Shown here piece by piece: positions 20,901-30,233 of a DNA stretch of 64,000 bases; position 1 is the stretch's first letter, and each line of letters begins with the position of its first letter. The notes under the pieces are model-generated. The model worked only from the letters and a program-made list of their open reading frames with translations. It was not told the origin of the DNA and searched no databases. The stretch spans positions 1 through 64,000 of IMG/VR virus record IMGVR_UViG_3300024268_000035; one strand, written 5' to 3'. A program made the position numbers and the translations under genes. The DNA is from a virus. Lineage: Duplodnaviria > Caudoviricetes.

Positions 20901-21387
20901 TCAGACGCTCATACAGCGGGTGTGAAATTTTCAGTTTGTTCAAAGGTGAAGCAAGACACGCACTGATCTTGATTACATTACTTGAAATTTTGAAAAACTC
21001 ACTGAATGAAATACGGGGTTTGTAATAGAAATGGTCATCTCTTGATGAAACACTGACAAGATCGTTCAGTTCCTGTAAACCGGCTTGATTCTTGGCAATC
21101 AGAATGGTGTGGTAGTTATCTCTCAGGCGACTTTCTTCACCAGTACGAGGATCTTTCCAGACAAATTGTTCCGTAAGGTAACACTCAACACCATGCAGAT
21201 ATTTAATGCCAGCCTTATCACAGCAGAGTTTTTTTGCAACCCACTGATAAACATTTCCATGTTCGGTAAAAGCAATTGCTTTCTGTCCGAGTTCGACTGC
21301 GCGATTTACATAGTCTTCAAATTTTGTTGTACTGTCAAGCAGGGATAATTCCGTATGCACATGGTATGCAGTATAGTTCTTATCCAC
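17947..21387 (-). CDS. dnaE: DNA polymerase III alpha subunit (family C)
   Basis: PHP HVH/TEHG, RGSCGGS, GDIDID, HPAG, KYDILGL, YQE, FGYNHS; GTG start after GGAGG. Confidence 0.95.
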   Translation of the reverse strand: MDKNYTAYHVHTELSLLDSTTKFEDYVNRAVELGQKAIAFTEHGNVYQWVAKKLCCDKAGIKYLHGVECYLTEQFVWKDPRTGEESRLRDNYHTILIAKNQAGLQELNDLVSVSSRDDHFYYKPRISFSEFFKISSNVIKISACLASPLNKLKISHPLYERLMTHYDYLEIQPHFHAEQISYNCHLAEMSQKYGIPLIAGTDTHSLDGYKAECRSVMQLAKHIEFEDEDSFDLTYKSYEELVQMFEKQGALPSKIYLEAIENTNRMADSVEDFKLDMSFKYPKLYGARDKEVFEETIKNNLLAKINDGAITQDQIPNFASAIQEECRVFDKIEMSGFMLFMSELVTWCKSNGIPIGFNRGSCGGSRVAYVTNTTDLNPETWHTVFSRFCNEDRKEIGDIDIDVSPSDRDKVYEYIINRFGQENTAFILAIGTIKSKGCIDEICRALGVRWNKEHQHDLKDLKEILKALKELDVEVTYGDARDNCATYYWDKKTNKLLFPSSMSGSPRAELIKRLSDEYDRIKAENEAIFAKNPWVGKIAVTIKDELSPIAEQAKEAGNPGTQKYRDFLLNHDGYKALAAKYPDVFYYFEGLLDVAISQSMHPAGIVASPLTLRNNYGTFISEGKEILQIDMDCVHEAGLVKYDILGLKNIEIIKDTYALIGKPYPKSHEIDWDDDAVWKDMLRSPIGIFQFESAFAFDSLRKFKTHSIYDMSLVTACIRPSGASYRDELLQRKPHTNPSPIIDDLLKDNLGYLIYQEDTIKFLQQICGLSGSEADNVRRAIGRKQKDRLDKALPSILEGYCSKSSQPRDVAEKEAKEFIQIIEDSSNYQFGYNHSIGYCMIGYLCAYLRYYYPAEFITAYLNNANNEDDIKNGSALAELYGIQIVPPRYGLSKDKYVYDAERGVIAKGIESIKYLNKDVANELYRISKTYKPQSFMELLKLMSAETSLDTRQRDILVKIDYFMDFGNIPELSRIIAMFNYFKDGTAKKIPKSKLDGLIYDLVSLYSTDKNKDGSEAKSFTITDMDGLLLECEATIKALNLPDLDLKCKIQSQLELMGYIDLTTNDPDDRRKLLISDVYPMNSKDKGTVWGYAIQTRSIGSGKTARLTIRANLFDKNPIRRFDIIMAKELEKNRSGYWYLLDYEKIG

Positions 21388-23356
21388 TGTGTCCACCTCC
21401 GTTTTGAATCTGACCAAAGATTTCGTCTTCTTCATTATTTAACTGCTTAGGAGGATATGGCAACCCTCCCGTGTGTTGATGCTTGTCCCACGAATATCTT
21501 CTGTCAAGGTCAAATTCATTGGTGAAGAATCTGCGGGAAGGCTGATCGTAGAACACACCTACGCTTCGTCCTTCAAAACCCATCATTCTGTCTTTCAGAA
21601 TATCGATCAGCACATCTTCCTTAATGGGTTTAGTAACCCATCCGGATCCGTTCAATTTCGGAACACCCTGTTTATCAGTTTCCGAAACACGATAGAGGCT
21701 GATGATACGATGAGCAAGGTCAATAATCGCTGAAATACCTTGTACATCCATCTTATTCAGACGGCGCATTGTGTCAATCTTATGCGGATGAACAACCAAG
21801 AGAATAATCACATTAAACTTGACTGCAAACGAGATAAGCTGCATGATAAGTTCGCTCTGCTTACTGTATTTATTGTCATCACTGCATTCAAGATTGATTG
21901 CGGTAAGGTTATCAAGAATCAGGAGCTTTGTTCCATACTTTCGTACAGAATCTTCCATTGTTGTCAGAAGATCCGTCATACGATTGGAACGTCCATCTTC
22001 GTATATGTAAAGCCTGCCACGATAAAAGTCTTCGATTTCTTTTTTCGCTTCGGGACGAACCTTATAATAGGTAGAGTCTTCGTAGTGCTTTTCTTCGATA
22101 TTTCGCTGACCTGCGAGTACCGAATTCAGCCAGTTTTTTGTCTGGAAGTTGGGAAGCTCTCCTGAGAACAGGAATACGTTTTTATCCTGTTCAAGTGATT
22201 GACAGATGATCTGATTGATGAAGGAACTCTTGCCTGCACCGTTAATACCGGTGATGATATTAAGCGTTCCCTGAAACAGCTTCATTAGATATCTGTCAAG
22301 AGGTTTTATACCGGTTGTTACACCGTCAATCTGATCCAAGTCAACATCCTGAATATCCGAGAAGTCAATTACTCCCGGAACGGGACTGTCTTTGGCGTTC
22401 AGAATAATTTCAAGAACTGTCTCTTTACCGAAATAGTAAAGCACTTCGTTAAGGTCGTTGACAGGAATTGTTTTACCGTCTGGTTTTTGATAGAACTTTG
22501 GAACATCAACCACTTTGGTTCGCCAGCTTCCAAGACGGTAAACAACTTCCTTTTGCATCTTTATTCCGGCTTCGTCATTATCCGAACACACGATTATGCT
22601 GTCAAACTGTTCAAGCCAATCCCAGTTTTCTTCGATCCAATGATAATTTGAACTTCCGAGAGGGACGGATACAACATTACTGAATCCGGATTCTATGGCT
22701 GACAAACAGTCCGGTTCTCCTTCGCAGATCAATAAGGGAGAAGTAACATTGATACGGTTCATATTGAATAACAGATTGCTTGTATCTGCATTTTTCTGAC
22801 ACCAGCACTTGTTTTCACCCTTACGAACTTTACGCGCGGGACGGTATTTCACCATTGTCAGCACATCGTTTGTGTCGTAGTAGTTCCAAGCGATATTACC
22901 ATCTTCGTCCTGTCTTACGTCGGCATAATCCAGTGTTTGAGGACTGATACACCGTGCTTTGAAGTATGAATAGATTTTGGATTTATCGCCTAATGGTACT
23001 TCTTTGGGGTATCTGTATTGATGCTTTGTTTTCACGCCAAGCTCACCAAAGCTGTATTTGATTCCAGCTAAATCAAACAACTTTTGGCAAGCCTGCAAAT
23101 AAGTCATGCCCTTATATATGAATACATCCAAAATGTCGTAGTTCTTCGCACACGCGCCAAAGCAGTGGAATGAATACGTCTTTTTGTTGTAGATAAATGA
23201 TGCGTGGTCTTCTTGATGGAAGGGGCAACAGCATCTAAGATTCTGTTCATCAAAGTCATGAATGTCCAATTCCTGAGCAATGATAAGCGCGTTTTCGTCG
23301 CCAAGCTTTTCTTTTGCTTCAAGAATAATATCACGATCAATTTGCAGTTTACTCAC
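21380..23356 (-). CDS. Primase-helicase (zinc finger + TOPRIM + SF4 helicase)
   Basis: CPFH...HCFGAC, EGEPD, DNDEAG, GINGAGKS, ILDNL. Confidence 0.9.
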   Translation of the reverse strand: MSKLQIDRDIILEAKEKLGDENALIIAQELDIHDFDEQNLRCCCPFHQEDHASFIYNKKTYSFHCFGACAKNYDILDVFIYKGMTYLQACQKLFDLAGIKYSFGELGVKTKHQYRYPKEVPLGDKSKIYSYFKARCISPQTLDYADVRQDEDGNIAWNYYDTNDVLTMVKYRPARKVRKGENKCWCQKNADTSNLLFNMNRINVTSPLLICEGEPDCLSAIESGFSNVVSVPLGSSNYHWIEENWDWLEQFDSIIVCSDNDEAGIKMQKEVVYRLGSWRTKVVDVPKFYQKPDGKTIPVNDLNEVLYYFGKETVLEIILNAKDSPVPGVIDFSDIQDVDLDQIDGVTTGIKPLDRYLMKLFQGTLNIITGINGAGKSSFINQIICQSLEQDKNVFLFSGELPNFQTKNWLNSVLAGQRNIEEKHYEDSTYYKVRPEAKKEIEDFYRGRLYIYEDGRSNRMTDLLTTMEDSVRKYGTKLLILDNLTAINLECSDDNKYSKQSELIMQLISFAVKFNVIILLVVHPHKIDTMRRLNKMDVQGISAIIDLAHRIISLYRVSETDKQGVPKLNGSGWVTKPIKEDVLIDILKDRMMGFEGRSVGVFYDQPSRRFFTNEFDLDRRYSWDKHQHTGGLPYPPKQLNNEEDEIFGQIQNGGGHSG

Positions 23357-23361
23357 CCCTT

Positions 23362-24132
23362 TCAGAACATTTTACTGAACTCGCACTCCTTACACATATC
23401 ACATAGATAGCTGCACCGCCAATACTCTGGTTTCGGTTCCCAAGTGTCATTGCGGGTTATCAATTCAATTTCATTTCCTGCCCACTGTTCTACTTCCTGA
23501 AACCTTTTCAAATTGAATGGCTCCTGAATCATAGTTTGTGATCGGAAACAGTTGAATTCCAGCACATCCGGAAAGCGGTCAAATTTCTGTTTTACTGCTG
23601 CGGAATATACATAGAGTTGTCTGAGATAATCGTCAAGTTCCGCATCTGACTTTGTTTTCTTTGATCTGTTGGAACGGGGTTTAAGTGTTCTGGACTTATG
23701 GTCAGTAATAACAAGCTGGCTATCATCACTGATAACGTCAATAAACCCCATCCACGGTTTTCCTGCGAACATGAATTCTACACTTTCTTCAACTCCAATT
23801 ATCTTGCGATTTGGAAAATTGATTTTGTCCAGATAGTAGAATCCCTGCTTGAAATAGTTGGTATATATCTTATGATTCGGAGCTTTTGAGCGAACATTTT
23901 CTGCGAAGTGAGAAACATAATACGTAGAAAGTTCGCTCTTTTTTAATACGCCGGAAAGGTACATCTGCATGATGAGATGTATGTAGCTTCCGTACTCAGC
24001 GAAGAAACCGCTATGTTTAGGAAGCCGTCTTCCGTTTTTATCACGATATAAATATGTAAGAAACCATTTATACGGACATTCTGAAAATGAAGTCAGGCGC
24101 GAATAACTCCAAGTCATATCGTTAATGGTCAA
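23362..24132 (-). CDS. PD-(D/E)xK / Cas4-like nuclease
   Basis: SYSRL..F..CPY, GFID, DHKS, QL..Y, C-terminal Cys cluster. Confidence 0.85.
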   Translation of the reverse strand: MTINDMTWSYSRLTSFSECPYKWFLTYLYRDKNGRRLPKHSGFFAEYGSYIHLIMQMYLSGVLKKSELSTYYVSHFAENVRSKAPNHKIYTNYFKQGFYYLDKINFPNRKIIGVEESVEFMFAGKPWMGFIDVISDDSQLVITDHKSRTLKPRSNRSKKTKSDAELDDYLRQLYVYSAAVKQKFDRFPDVLEFNCFRSQTMIQEPFNLKRFQEVEQWAGNEIELITRNDTWEPKPEYWRCSYLCDMCKECEFSKMF

Positions 24133-24167
24133 GTCATAACGAATAGCGCATCACCGCCGATGCTTGA

Positions 24168-24623
24168 TTAGAAGGGGCAGTCTTCTTCGTCTTCATCTTC
24201 CTCATCGTCATCATCAGCGAGAGGCGGGGGAGCCGCTTTGTTTTTCTTTGCGGTATTGTTCGATTTCTTATTATCGGACTTGCGCTGTCCGGTTGTTTCT
24301 CCGGTTGAATTCCCGGAACCATCCAGAGGCTCAAAGTCGAACAGTGTAAAGTTGACATATTCGCGCTCCGCTTCTTTATCATAACGATTGGTTACATCAC
24401 AAGAGCCGAGCTTGATTCTGCACTTGCCGTTGTTAAGCATACGCTGAATGATATTCAGCTTCTTATGTGCCTCACCGATCAGACTTACAAAGCCGCTGAA
24501 ATCAGAGATATATTCACCCGAATCCTTATCCTTACGGCTTGTGCCGATTCGCACTTTTGAATAGTTATCGCCCTGATTGGTTACTTCCCAAACAGTAGCG
24601 AATGCACCTTCATGAAATCCCAT
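24168..24623 (-). CDS. Single-stranded DNA-binding protein
   Basis: OB-fold-like N-terminus and acidic tail ending DCPF. Confidence 0.8.
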   Translation of the reverse strand: MGFHEGAFATVWEVTNQGDNYSKVRIGTSRKDKDSGEYISDFSGFVSLIGEAHKKLNIIQRMLNNGKCRIKLGSCDVTNRYDKEAEREYVNFTLFDFEPLDGSGNSTGETTGQRKSDNKKSNNTAKKNKAAPPPLADDDDEEDEDEEDCPF

Positions 24624-24636
24624 ATGTTTTCCTCCT

Positions 24637-25362
24637 TTATTCGATAGGACACTGGGCTGTCAGTTCTTCGAGAAGTTTTGCAGCCACAGTATGATCTGTG
24701 AGATAGTTCGTATAATCTGTTGACGGCTTACTGCCATTGCGGACGTGCTTCTTGATGATGTCAGTGAGTTTCTTTCTCGCTTCATCACTGTTGTCTTTCA
24801 GATCCAGATACGCATGAACATGATCGTCAATCTTGGATACGAGTTCTCTTGTGATAGCCGCATCAGCTTCTGCTTCTGCGTCTTCCTTCTTATTACGCCA
24901 GCTATCAGGATCATCATCCGGCGTAGCGATCTGGAAGAATTTCAGCATGAAATAACGATTAGCATATGTAAGCGCACTGCCGAGTGCCTGCGCTGCGTCT
25001 GCCTGCTGACCAACGAGAACCCAAGGGACATCCATTGTATCGGTTTCGTTGTCGCAGTTGATCCATGTAAATGTAAGCTCCGCATTTACAATCGTTTCAT
25101 AGACCTCCTCTGTGATGAGGTTTCCGGCTTTATCTTTCTTGTTTTTGGTATAATGAACGGGTGTGAGAGAAAGTGTTGCCGGTGTGATACTTGGTTTCAG
25201 AGATACGCCGTATCTTTTCATACCAGCCGCTACACGAGCCAGAATTTCATCTTCTGTAACGTACTTGTAGTTAAAGCCGGATTTATTCTTACGCAGAACC
25301 TCGGTCATTTCGCGGATCTTGGCGAGTTTCTGCACTAAGGTCATAGTTGTTTCTTCTGCCAT
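24637..25362 (-). CDS. ERF-family single-strand annealing protein
   Basis: YKY, QALGSALTYANRY, DDPD. Confidence 0.9.
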   Translation of the reverse strand: MAEETTMTLVQKLAKIREMTEVLRKNKSGFNYKYVTEDEILARVAAGMKRYGVSLKPSITPATLSLTPVHYTKNKKDKAGNLITEEVYETIVNAELTFTWINCDNETDTMDVPWVLVGQQADAAQALGSALTYANRYFMLKFFQIATPDDDPDSWRNKKEDAEAEADAAITRELVSKIDDHVHAYLDLKDNSDEARKKLTDIIKKHVRNGSKPSTDYTNYLTDHTVAAKLLEELTAQCPIE

Positions 25363-25363
25363 A

Positions 25364-25954
25364 TTATTCCTTTCGTTCTTCGATCAGGTAACTTGCAGCC
25401 ATATCAGCAAGATGCAGTGCAACAGCAAGAGGGCAAACCTCATAAACCTTACTGCATCCATAATCTCCGCCTTTGACTGCACTATCAAAACCTCCCATAT
25501 GCCAACGAATTGCGTAGATTTCGTCGTCTGTAAGTTTGATATGCTTCAACAGGAGTATAACTGATTTTTCACCATGACCGACAGGGTATTGATCTTCTGT
25601 TTTATAGTAAGGCTCTTTACTCCACATCCCGGTTTCTTCGTTTTTGACATTTCGGGTAGATATGGTATAGTAATTTGCCTTACACAAATCGTGGAACAGA
25701 GCTGCAATTGCAATGGATTCATCGCTAAATCCACTTAGATTGAATTGATTAGCTAAACGCAAAGTGGATTTATAAACATTCAGAGAATGTTCAAGCAAAC
25801 CATATTGGTGATTCCCATGAAATCTTGTGCTTGCCGGAGCTGTGAAGAAATCGCTTTCATTTTCCATCCAGTCAAGCAGTGAATCTAAACCTTCGCGGCG
25901 AATCTTTTCACGGCAAAGAGTCAGAAATTCATTTTTTAGTGTTTCGTTTTGCAT
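25364..25954 (-). CDS. HD-domain hydrolase
   Basis: APAS.RFH, EHS, HDLCK, GHGEKS, RWHMG, LHLAD. Confidence 0.88.
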   Translation of the reverse strand: MQNETLKNEFLTLCREKIRREGLDSLLDWMENESDFFTAPASTRFHGNHQYGLLEHSLNVYKSTLRLANQFNLSGFSDESIAIAALFHDLCKANYYTISTRNVKNEETGMWSKEPYYKTEDQYPVGHGEKSVILLLKHIKLTDDEIYAIRWHMGGFDSAVKGGDYGCSKVYEVCPLAVALHLADMAASYLIEERKE

Positions 25955-25969
25955 ATTCAGATCCTTTGT

Positions 25970-26245
25970 TTATTTCAGATCGTCAGATATGTTACGAAGT
26001 ATGTAACAACTATCACAGTAGTTTTTACCGTCATCGGTTAATACATATTCGCCGATTATCTCATTACCACACACTTCGCATATTCGTGCATGAACGTATG
26101 TCCCGCCACATCTCGGACAACCTGTGTATAGTTCGTATGGTGGGGTATCGAGGTTGTGTGTTTCTATATATTTTCGTGGGGTGTCGAACACACACCCACA
26201 TTCCACACACACGAACTTATTATTCGTCTTTGGTATGGAATGCAA
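25970..26245 (-). CDS. Zinc-finger protein (start uncertain)
   Basis: CVEC, CPRC, CEVC, CDSC. Confidence 0.5.
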   Translation of the reverse strand: MHSIPKTNNKFVCVECGCVFDTPRKYIETHNLDTPPYELYTGCPRCGGTYVHARICEVCGNEIIGEYVLTDDGKNYCDSCYILRNISDDLK

Positions 26246-26789
26246 TTCCGACTGCGATACTGTCATCTCCTGCAAGTTCTTTGAGCAGCTTATCCAGAGA
26301 GGGAGCTTGACTGCCGCCCTTCTTGACCGGACGAACTGTAGTATCTGCCATCTTAACAGTAGTATCAGCAGATGCAGTCTTCTTGGACTTGCCGGTTTCT
26401 TTCTTTTCCTGAGGGCGATATGCGTCCTTGAGCAATGCCTTGAAGTTTGCACGAGTACCATAGATCTTTCTCATACAAGCCATCGCGTAACCGAACTCTT
26501 CAGAAAAGGCATCGTTATCGCAGCGTACAACGGTCTTGTCACCATCATCCCAGTAAACAATGGTTGCCGGAGGGTTGAAAATGATCTGCTTCGGAGTAAG
26601 ACATACGGCACGAACTTCTGGCATAGAGGTGGGTGCAACAGGGGCGATAGTATCCATTGTGGAGCTGCATCCGTTATCAACAGGATTCACAGTCTTTCTG
26701 GATATGCCGAGGATTTCATTCAGGCTGTCTGCATTGTGAGAGTTGAACATTGTAAATCTCCTTTGATAAAATTGATTAGTTAAAAGCAA
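26220..26789 (-). CDS. Conserved phage hypothetical protein
   Basis: IFNPPATIVYWDDGDKTVVRC motif. Confidence 0.55.
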   Translation of the reverse strand: MLLTNQFYQRRFTMFNSHNADSLNEILGISRKTVNPVDNGCSSTMDTIAPVAPTSMPEVRAVCLTPKQIIFNPPATIVYWDDGDKTVVRCDNDAFSEEFGYAMACMRKIYGTRANFKALLKDAYRPQEKKETGKSKKTASADTTVKMADTTVRPVKKGGSQAPSLDKLLKELAGDDSIAVGIAFHTKDE

Positions 26790-26858
26790 ACGGAATTATT
26801 GAAATCTTATCCTTGTTTTTGCGAATAAGATTGTTTGGTTAATTCCTAATATAGTATA

Positions 26859-27554
26859 TCAGATTTCTTCTGATTTGTCAAGGGGTTTGGATGAAATTTT
26901 TGAAATTTCTGTAACTCGTAATGGATCTTTATAATCTCGTGCGGCAAGTGTCGGCGTGATGCCAGATGTGTAGCATCGCGGCGCACCTTCTCTACCCATT
27001 TGCTTCACATCAAGGATTACAGGGGGGGGCAGCATATACCAACCGGTCTTAGCTCCACCACCGCCAGCTTCAGCTTTCAAAGCACGGGAGACGGTACTGC
27101 CATCATAAATACGATTGGCATCTCCATTATAACCGTTAATATACCCAACTTGCGTCAGCTCCAGATCCTTAATAGCGTCATTACTTTCCGGACGGGAATC
27201 TGGATCCAGTCTGGTTAAGGCTTTTTCAAAAGCTCCAATTCCGCTGAAGAAAGAACCGATCTCCATATCATCAAACAGGTAGGGCATAGCATCATATAGA
27301 TTTTCCATGATATGTACAAGGACATCAACAACGATACTGTTACCGGCTTGCTTATAAAGCTGCGTATTGGAAATACGTTCGATTCTTTCTTCTGATGAAA
27401 ATTCACGTTTTCCTTTGTGTTTAGGGTGTTCTGTCAAAAATGTCATACTCTCTTCGATTGAATAGTATTTGGCGTTTTCAAAATCAATATCATCAAACCC
27501 CATGAGCCGCCAACATTCTTTAGGGGTGAGTTTTCTTACTCGTACTTTTTCCAT
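26859..27554 (-). CDS. C5-cytosine methyltransferase subunit: motifs IX-X, then motif I, then two TRD-like modules
   Basis: RKLTPKECWRLMGF, QLYKQAGNSI, FFSGIGAFE, SRALKAEAGGGG, TPTLAARDYK; C8 tract at 27022-27029. Confidence 0.8.
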   Translation of the reverse strand: MEKVRVRKLTPKECWRLMGFDDIDFENAKYYSIEESMTFLTEHPKHKGKREFSSEERIERISNTQLYKQAGNSIVVDVLVHIMENLYDAMPYLFDDMEIGSFFSGIGAFEKALTRLDPDSRPESNDAIKDLELTQVGYINGYNGDANRIYDGSTVSRALKAEAGGGGAKTGWYMLPPPVILDVKQMGREGAPRCYTSGITPTLAARDYKDPLRVTEISKISSKPLDKSEEI

Positions 27555-27567
27555 AATCCTTACCCTC

Positions 27568-27768
27568 TTATGCTTTATGATCTTCTTTTGATAATTCCAA
27601 CACGCCTGTCATTTGCTGATTACCGAAACCTTTATAATCTCGTGCCAGTAATGTCAGTGCAATATCGCTATATCCATCAAGATGGTTGCCCTGATTGCTC
27701 AGACGAACACCTTTCTTTACAGATGAGCAAGTCCCATGTGTGTCGTCCATCAACGGAACCTCTGCCAC
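27568..27768 (-). CDS. TRD-like module reachable by tract slippage
   Basis: IALTLLARDYKGFGNQ; joins the upstream ORF if the C8 at 27801-27808 becomes C9. Confidence 0.6.
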   Translation of the reverse strand: MAEVPLMDDTHGTCSSVKKGVRLSNQGNHLDGYSDIALTLLARDYKGFGNQQMTGVLELSKEDHKA

Positions 27769-27782
27769 CCGTTCTGATGGTA

Positions 27783-28470
27783 TTACTGATGTTCCGTTGT
27801 GGGGGGGGCGATCATTTCAGCTACTTTTTCATCGCTGAGATAATAATGCTCTTCAACATTGTCTTCCAACATATCACTCAGGGACGCTTTCAGAGGGATA
27901 GGATCCGGGAATTTGAACCTTCCATTATCCAGATCCTTACGGATTATGATACAGTATACGCGCTCTCTGTTTTGTGGAATTCCGTAGTGCTTGGCATTCA
28001 ACACCTGCCAATACACATTATAACCGTATTCTTCCAGTTCAGCGACAAATTTATCGAAGGTTTCCTTAAAACGGCTGCCTACGATATTTTTGACGTTTTC
28101 GTAAATGGCGAATCTGGGTTTCTTTTCACGGAGAAACCGCAGCCACTCAACCAAGAGGGAAGAACGGGTTTTATCAATTTCTGCTGATCCGCATTTCGGA
28201 CAATACGAGCGTGTGGTATAGTGGGTTTCGAGAGGGTTATATGTGTGGCTGCAAGTTTTACATCTCCACGCTGCCCCCCCCCTGTTTACCTGCTATTGAA
28301 AAGTCCTGACATGGACTTCCGCCGAACATGACGTTAAAATCAGGAACTGTCTTTTCATCTGCTTTTGTAATATCACCGATGTTAAGAGACGGATCAACGC
28401 CATGTACTGCACAATAGCTTTCTGCGGCGTACTTATCGAACTCGCAGAACAAGGCAGTTTTGTAATTCAT
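27783..28470 (-). CDS. C5-cytosine methyltransferase catalytic subunit (motifs II-VIII), frameshifted at a G9 tract
   Basis: EFD, GDI, GGSPCQDFS, then ENVK, LNA.HYGIPQNRERVY; G8 at 28274-28282 restores the frame. Confidence 0.85.
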
Positions 28471-28476
28471 TTTATT

Positions 28477-29412
28477 TCATTCTCCTTTTGTTTCAAAAAC
28501 AACATCCTTGGCATGAATATCTGCCAGATGCAGTTTCAGGATGTCAGTATACAATTCTTCGCCGACAAGTTTACGAAACTTAGAAACGGCTTTATCTGAT
28601 TCTGTGCGCTCCAACTCATACGGACGCATATGCCACTGAATCACTGCAGCGATATACACTCTGTCAAGTTCCGGATTTGCATAGAATAAGCTATCGTAAG
28701 CAGAAACGTGCTGGTGGTCATAATAATGAGCGACCTCTGTGGTTTCGCCCTTGGAGTTTACAAAAGATTTTGTAAATGGCTTCCCAATGTCGTGAAGAAC
28801 CGCTGCTTCCTGAAGAGTATCAGACTCATTATTGAGTAAATTGCGAGCTGCAAGACAATGATAACCTACTGTATGGATGTGATGTGGATTGTCATGACTG
28901 ATATATTTCAGACCAGAAATTCCGTCGAACAATTCGTTTGCATCTCTGGTTTTGAACCCTTCCGGATAAATCAGATCGACGTAATCCCACCCTTCGTATG
29001 TATTGGGAATCCATATGTTTCGGTACATTCGTTCCAGAACATCATAAGGAACTACACGCTTACGGTGCTTACTACGTTCTACGCACATATCAAACGGAGT
29101 TGCCATGAAAACACATACTTTTACGCATTCAATTTTGCGAAGACGCTGCAAGGTGTCCATCCGGCGTTTATAATTGATATTTGTTGCATCATAGACAACA
29201 TTTTTTCCGTTTATCAGATCGGAAATGATCCGTTCATGAAGTGTGTCAAACACCAGTGTATTGTTGCTCTGGTTTTCCATGTCGCCGAGAAGTTCAGCAC
29301 GAATATTATCACTGGAATGAATAACAGCATCGTAGGCTTCTTGGAGTTTTTCTGCCTGAAAAGACTTTCCGCTGTATGGTAAGCCTACAAGCATGAAAAA
29401 TATTGGTTTCAT
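28477..29412 (-). CDS. Polynucleotide kinase (P-loop) fused to an HD domain
   Basis: GLPYSGKS, DATN...RR, HDNPHH, LHDIGKP, HLAD. Confidence 0.85.
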   Translation of the reverse strand: MKPIFFMLVGLPYSGKSFQAEKLQEAYDAVIHSSDNIRAELLGDMENQSNNTLVFDTLHERIISDLINGKNVVYDATNINYKRRMDTLQRLRKIECVKVCVFMATPFDMCVERSKHRKRVVPYDVLERMYRNIWIPNTYEGWDYVDLIYPEGFKTRDANELFDGISGLKYISHDNPHHIHTVGYHCLAARNLLNNESDTLQEAAVLHDIGKPFTKSFVNSKGETTEVAHYYDHQHVSAYDSLFYANPELDRVYIAAVIQWHMRPYELERTESDKAVSKFRKLVGEELYTDILKLHLADIHAKDVVFETKGE

Positions 29413-29426
29413 TTTTTTCTTTCTCC

Positions 29427-30233
29427 TTATATACTGCTTTTGAAATTAAACTTGAACAGATCTACAAGAACCTGATTAAGAATAGGGTCTACATCCGGAT
29501 TGATCGAGACAGGCACTTCTGTCATATACTTGTCTTTTCTTGCTTTCATACCGACAACTGTACTGTTTGCAATTTCCACTGCTTCCGATAACGTGTGGCA
29601 TTCACCGCGTTTTACGGATATCAGGTATGTATGAAGTTTTGAAACGAGACAATCTTCATACGGTTCACCCGACAGCCAACGTATCATGAATTCCTCACAG
29701 CGGATAATATGATGGAGCTGTTTGGGATCGTAGCCGTATTTTTCGATCTTGTCACGAATCGTAGGGTATGGGTGACACATTGCTTTCTGTTTTTCCAGAG
29801 CTGTACCAACAAAACAATTTACAGAATTGTAGTTATGGTATCTTCCAATCAACTCACGGGCTTCCAATACCGGTGTGAACAGTGCTTCGTATTTAGGATT
29901 CAGGATACGGTATTTGGTGAACAGAATTTCAACAAAGTTGATATTTTGTTTCCGGAAACACTCAAACATCTGCCGGATATCCTTAACATCAACGTGTTCG
30001 TTGTTCTCCATAATGTGTGTATAACTGTAAGGCTTATTGTTCAGCACAAAATCTTCAAAAGAAGGGAGGACAATCAATTTAGAATCTATGTCGCTCCCTT
30101 CATAATCAAGATTATAGTTCTGAGAGCCTTGCAGAAAGATACCAACCCATTCCGGGTGTGCATCTTTTACTGCATCAAGATGTTCGGAAAGCCGACGCAT
30201 GATTTTTGCGTCACGCTCAGTTAAGTTCGTCAT
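29427..30233 (-). CDS. Pol-beta-superfamily nucleotidyltransferase
   Basis: QGSQNYNL..EGSDID, KQN.NFVE. Confidence 0.8.
   Translation of the reverse strand: MTNLTERDAKIMRRLSEHLDAVKDAHPEWVGIFLQGSQNYNLDYEGSDIDSKLIVLPSFEDFVLNNKPYSYTHIMENNEHVDVKDIRQMFECFRKQNINFVEILFTKYRILNPKYEALFTPVLEARELIGRYHNYNSVNCFVGTALEKQKAMCHPYPTIRDKIEKYGYDPKQLHHIIRCEEFMIRWLSGEPYEDCLVSKLHTYLISVKRGECHTLSEAVEIANSTVVGMKARKDKYMTEVPVSINPDVDPILNQVLVDLFKFNFKSSI

Noticed and set aside
13224-21387. Inteins or introns in nrdD and dnaE
   Set aside because: ORFs are continuous; no Cys/Ser...His-Asn intein ends or homing-endonuclease motifs seen
23362-24132. Cas4-like nuclease as evidence of CRISPR-Cas
   Set aside because: It sits with SSB, ERF and primase-helicase, the usual phage recombination context
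25746-25760. Extra match to the operator-like motif
   Set aside because: Inside the HD-protein coding sequence with a divergent 3' end; may be chance
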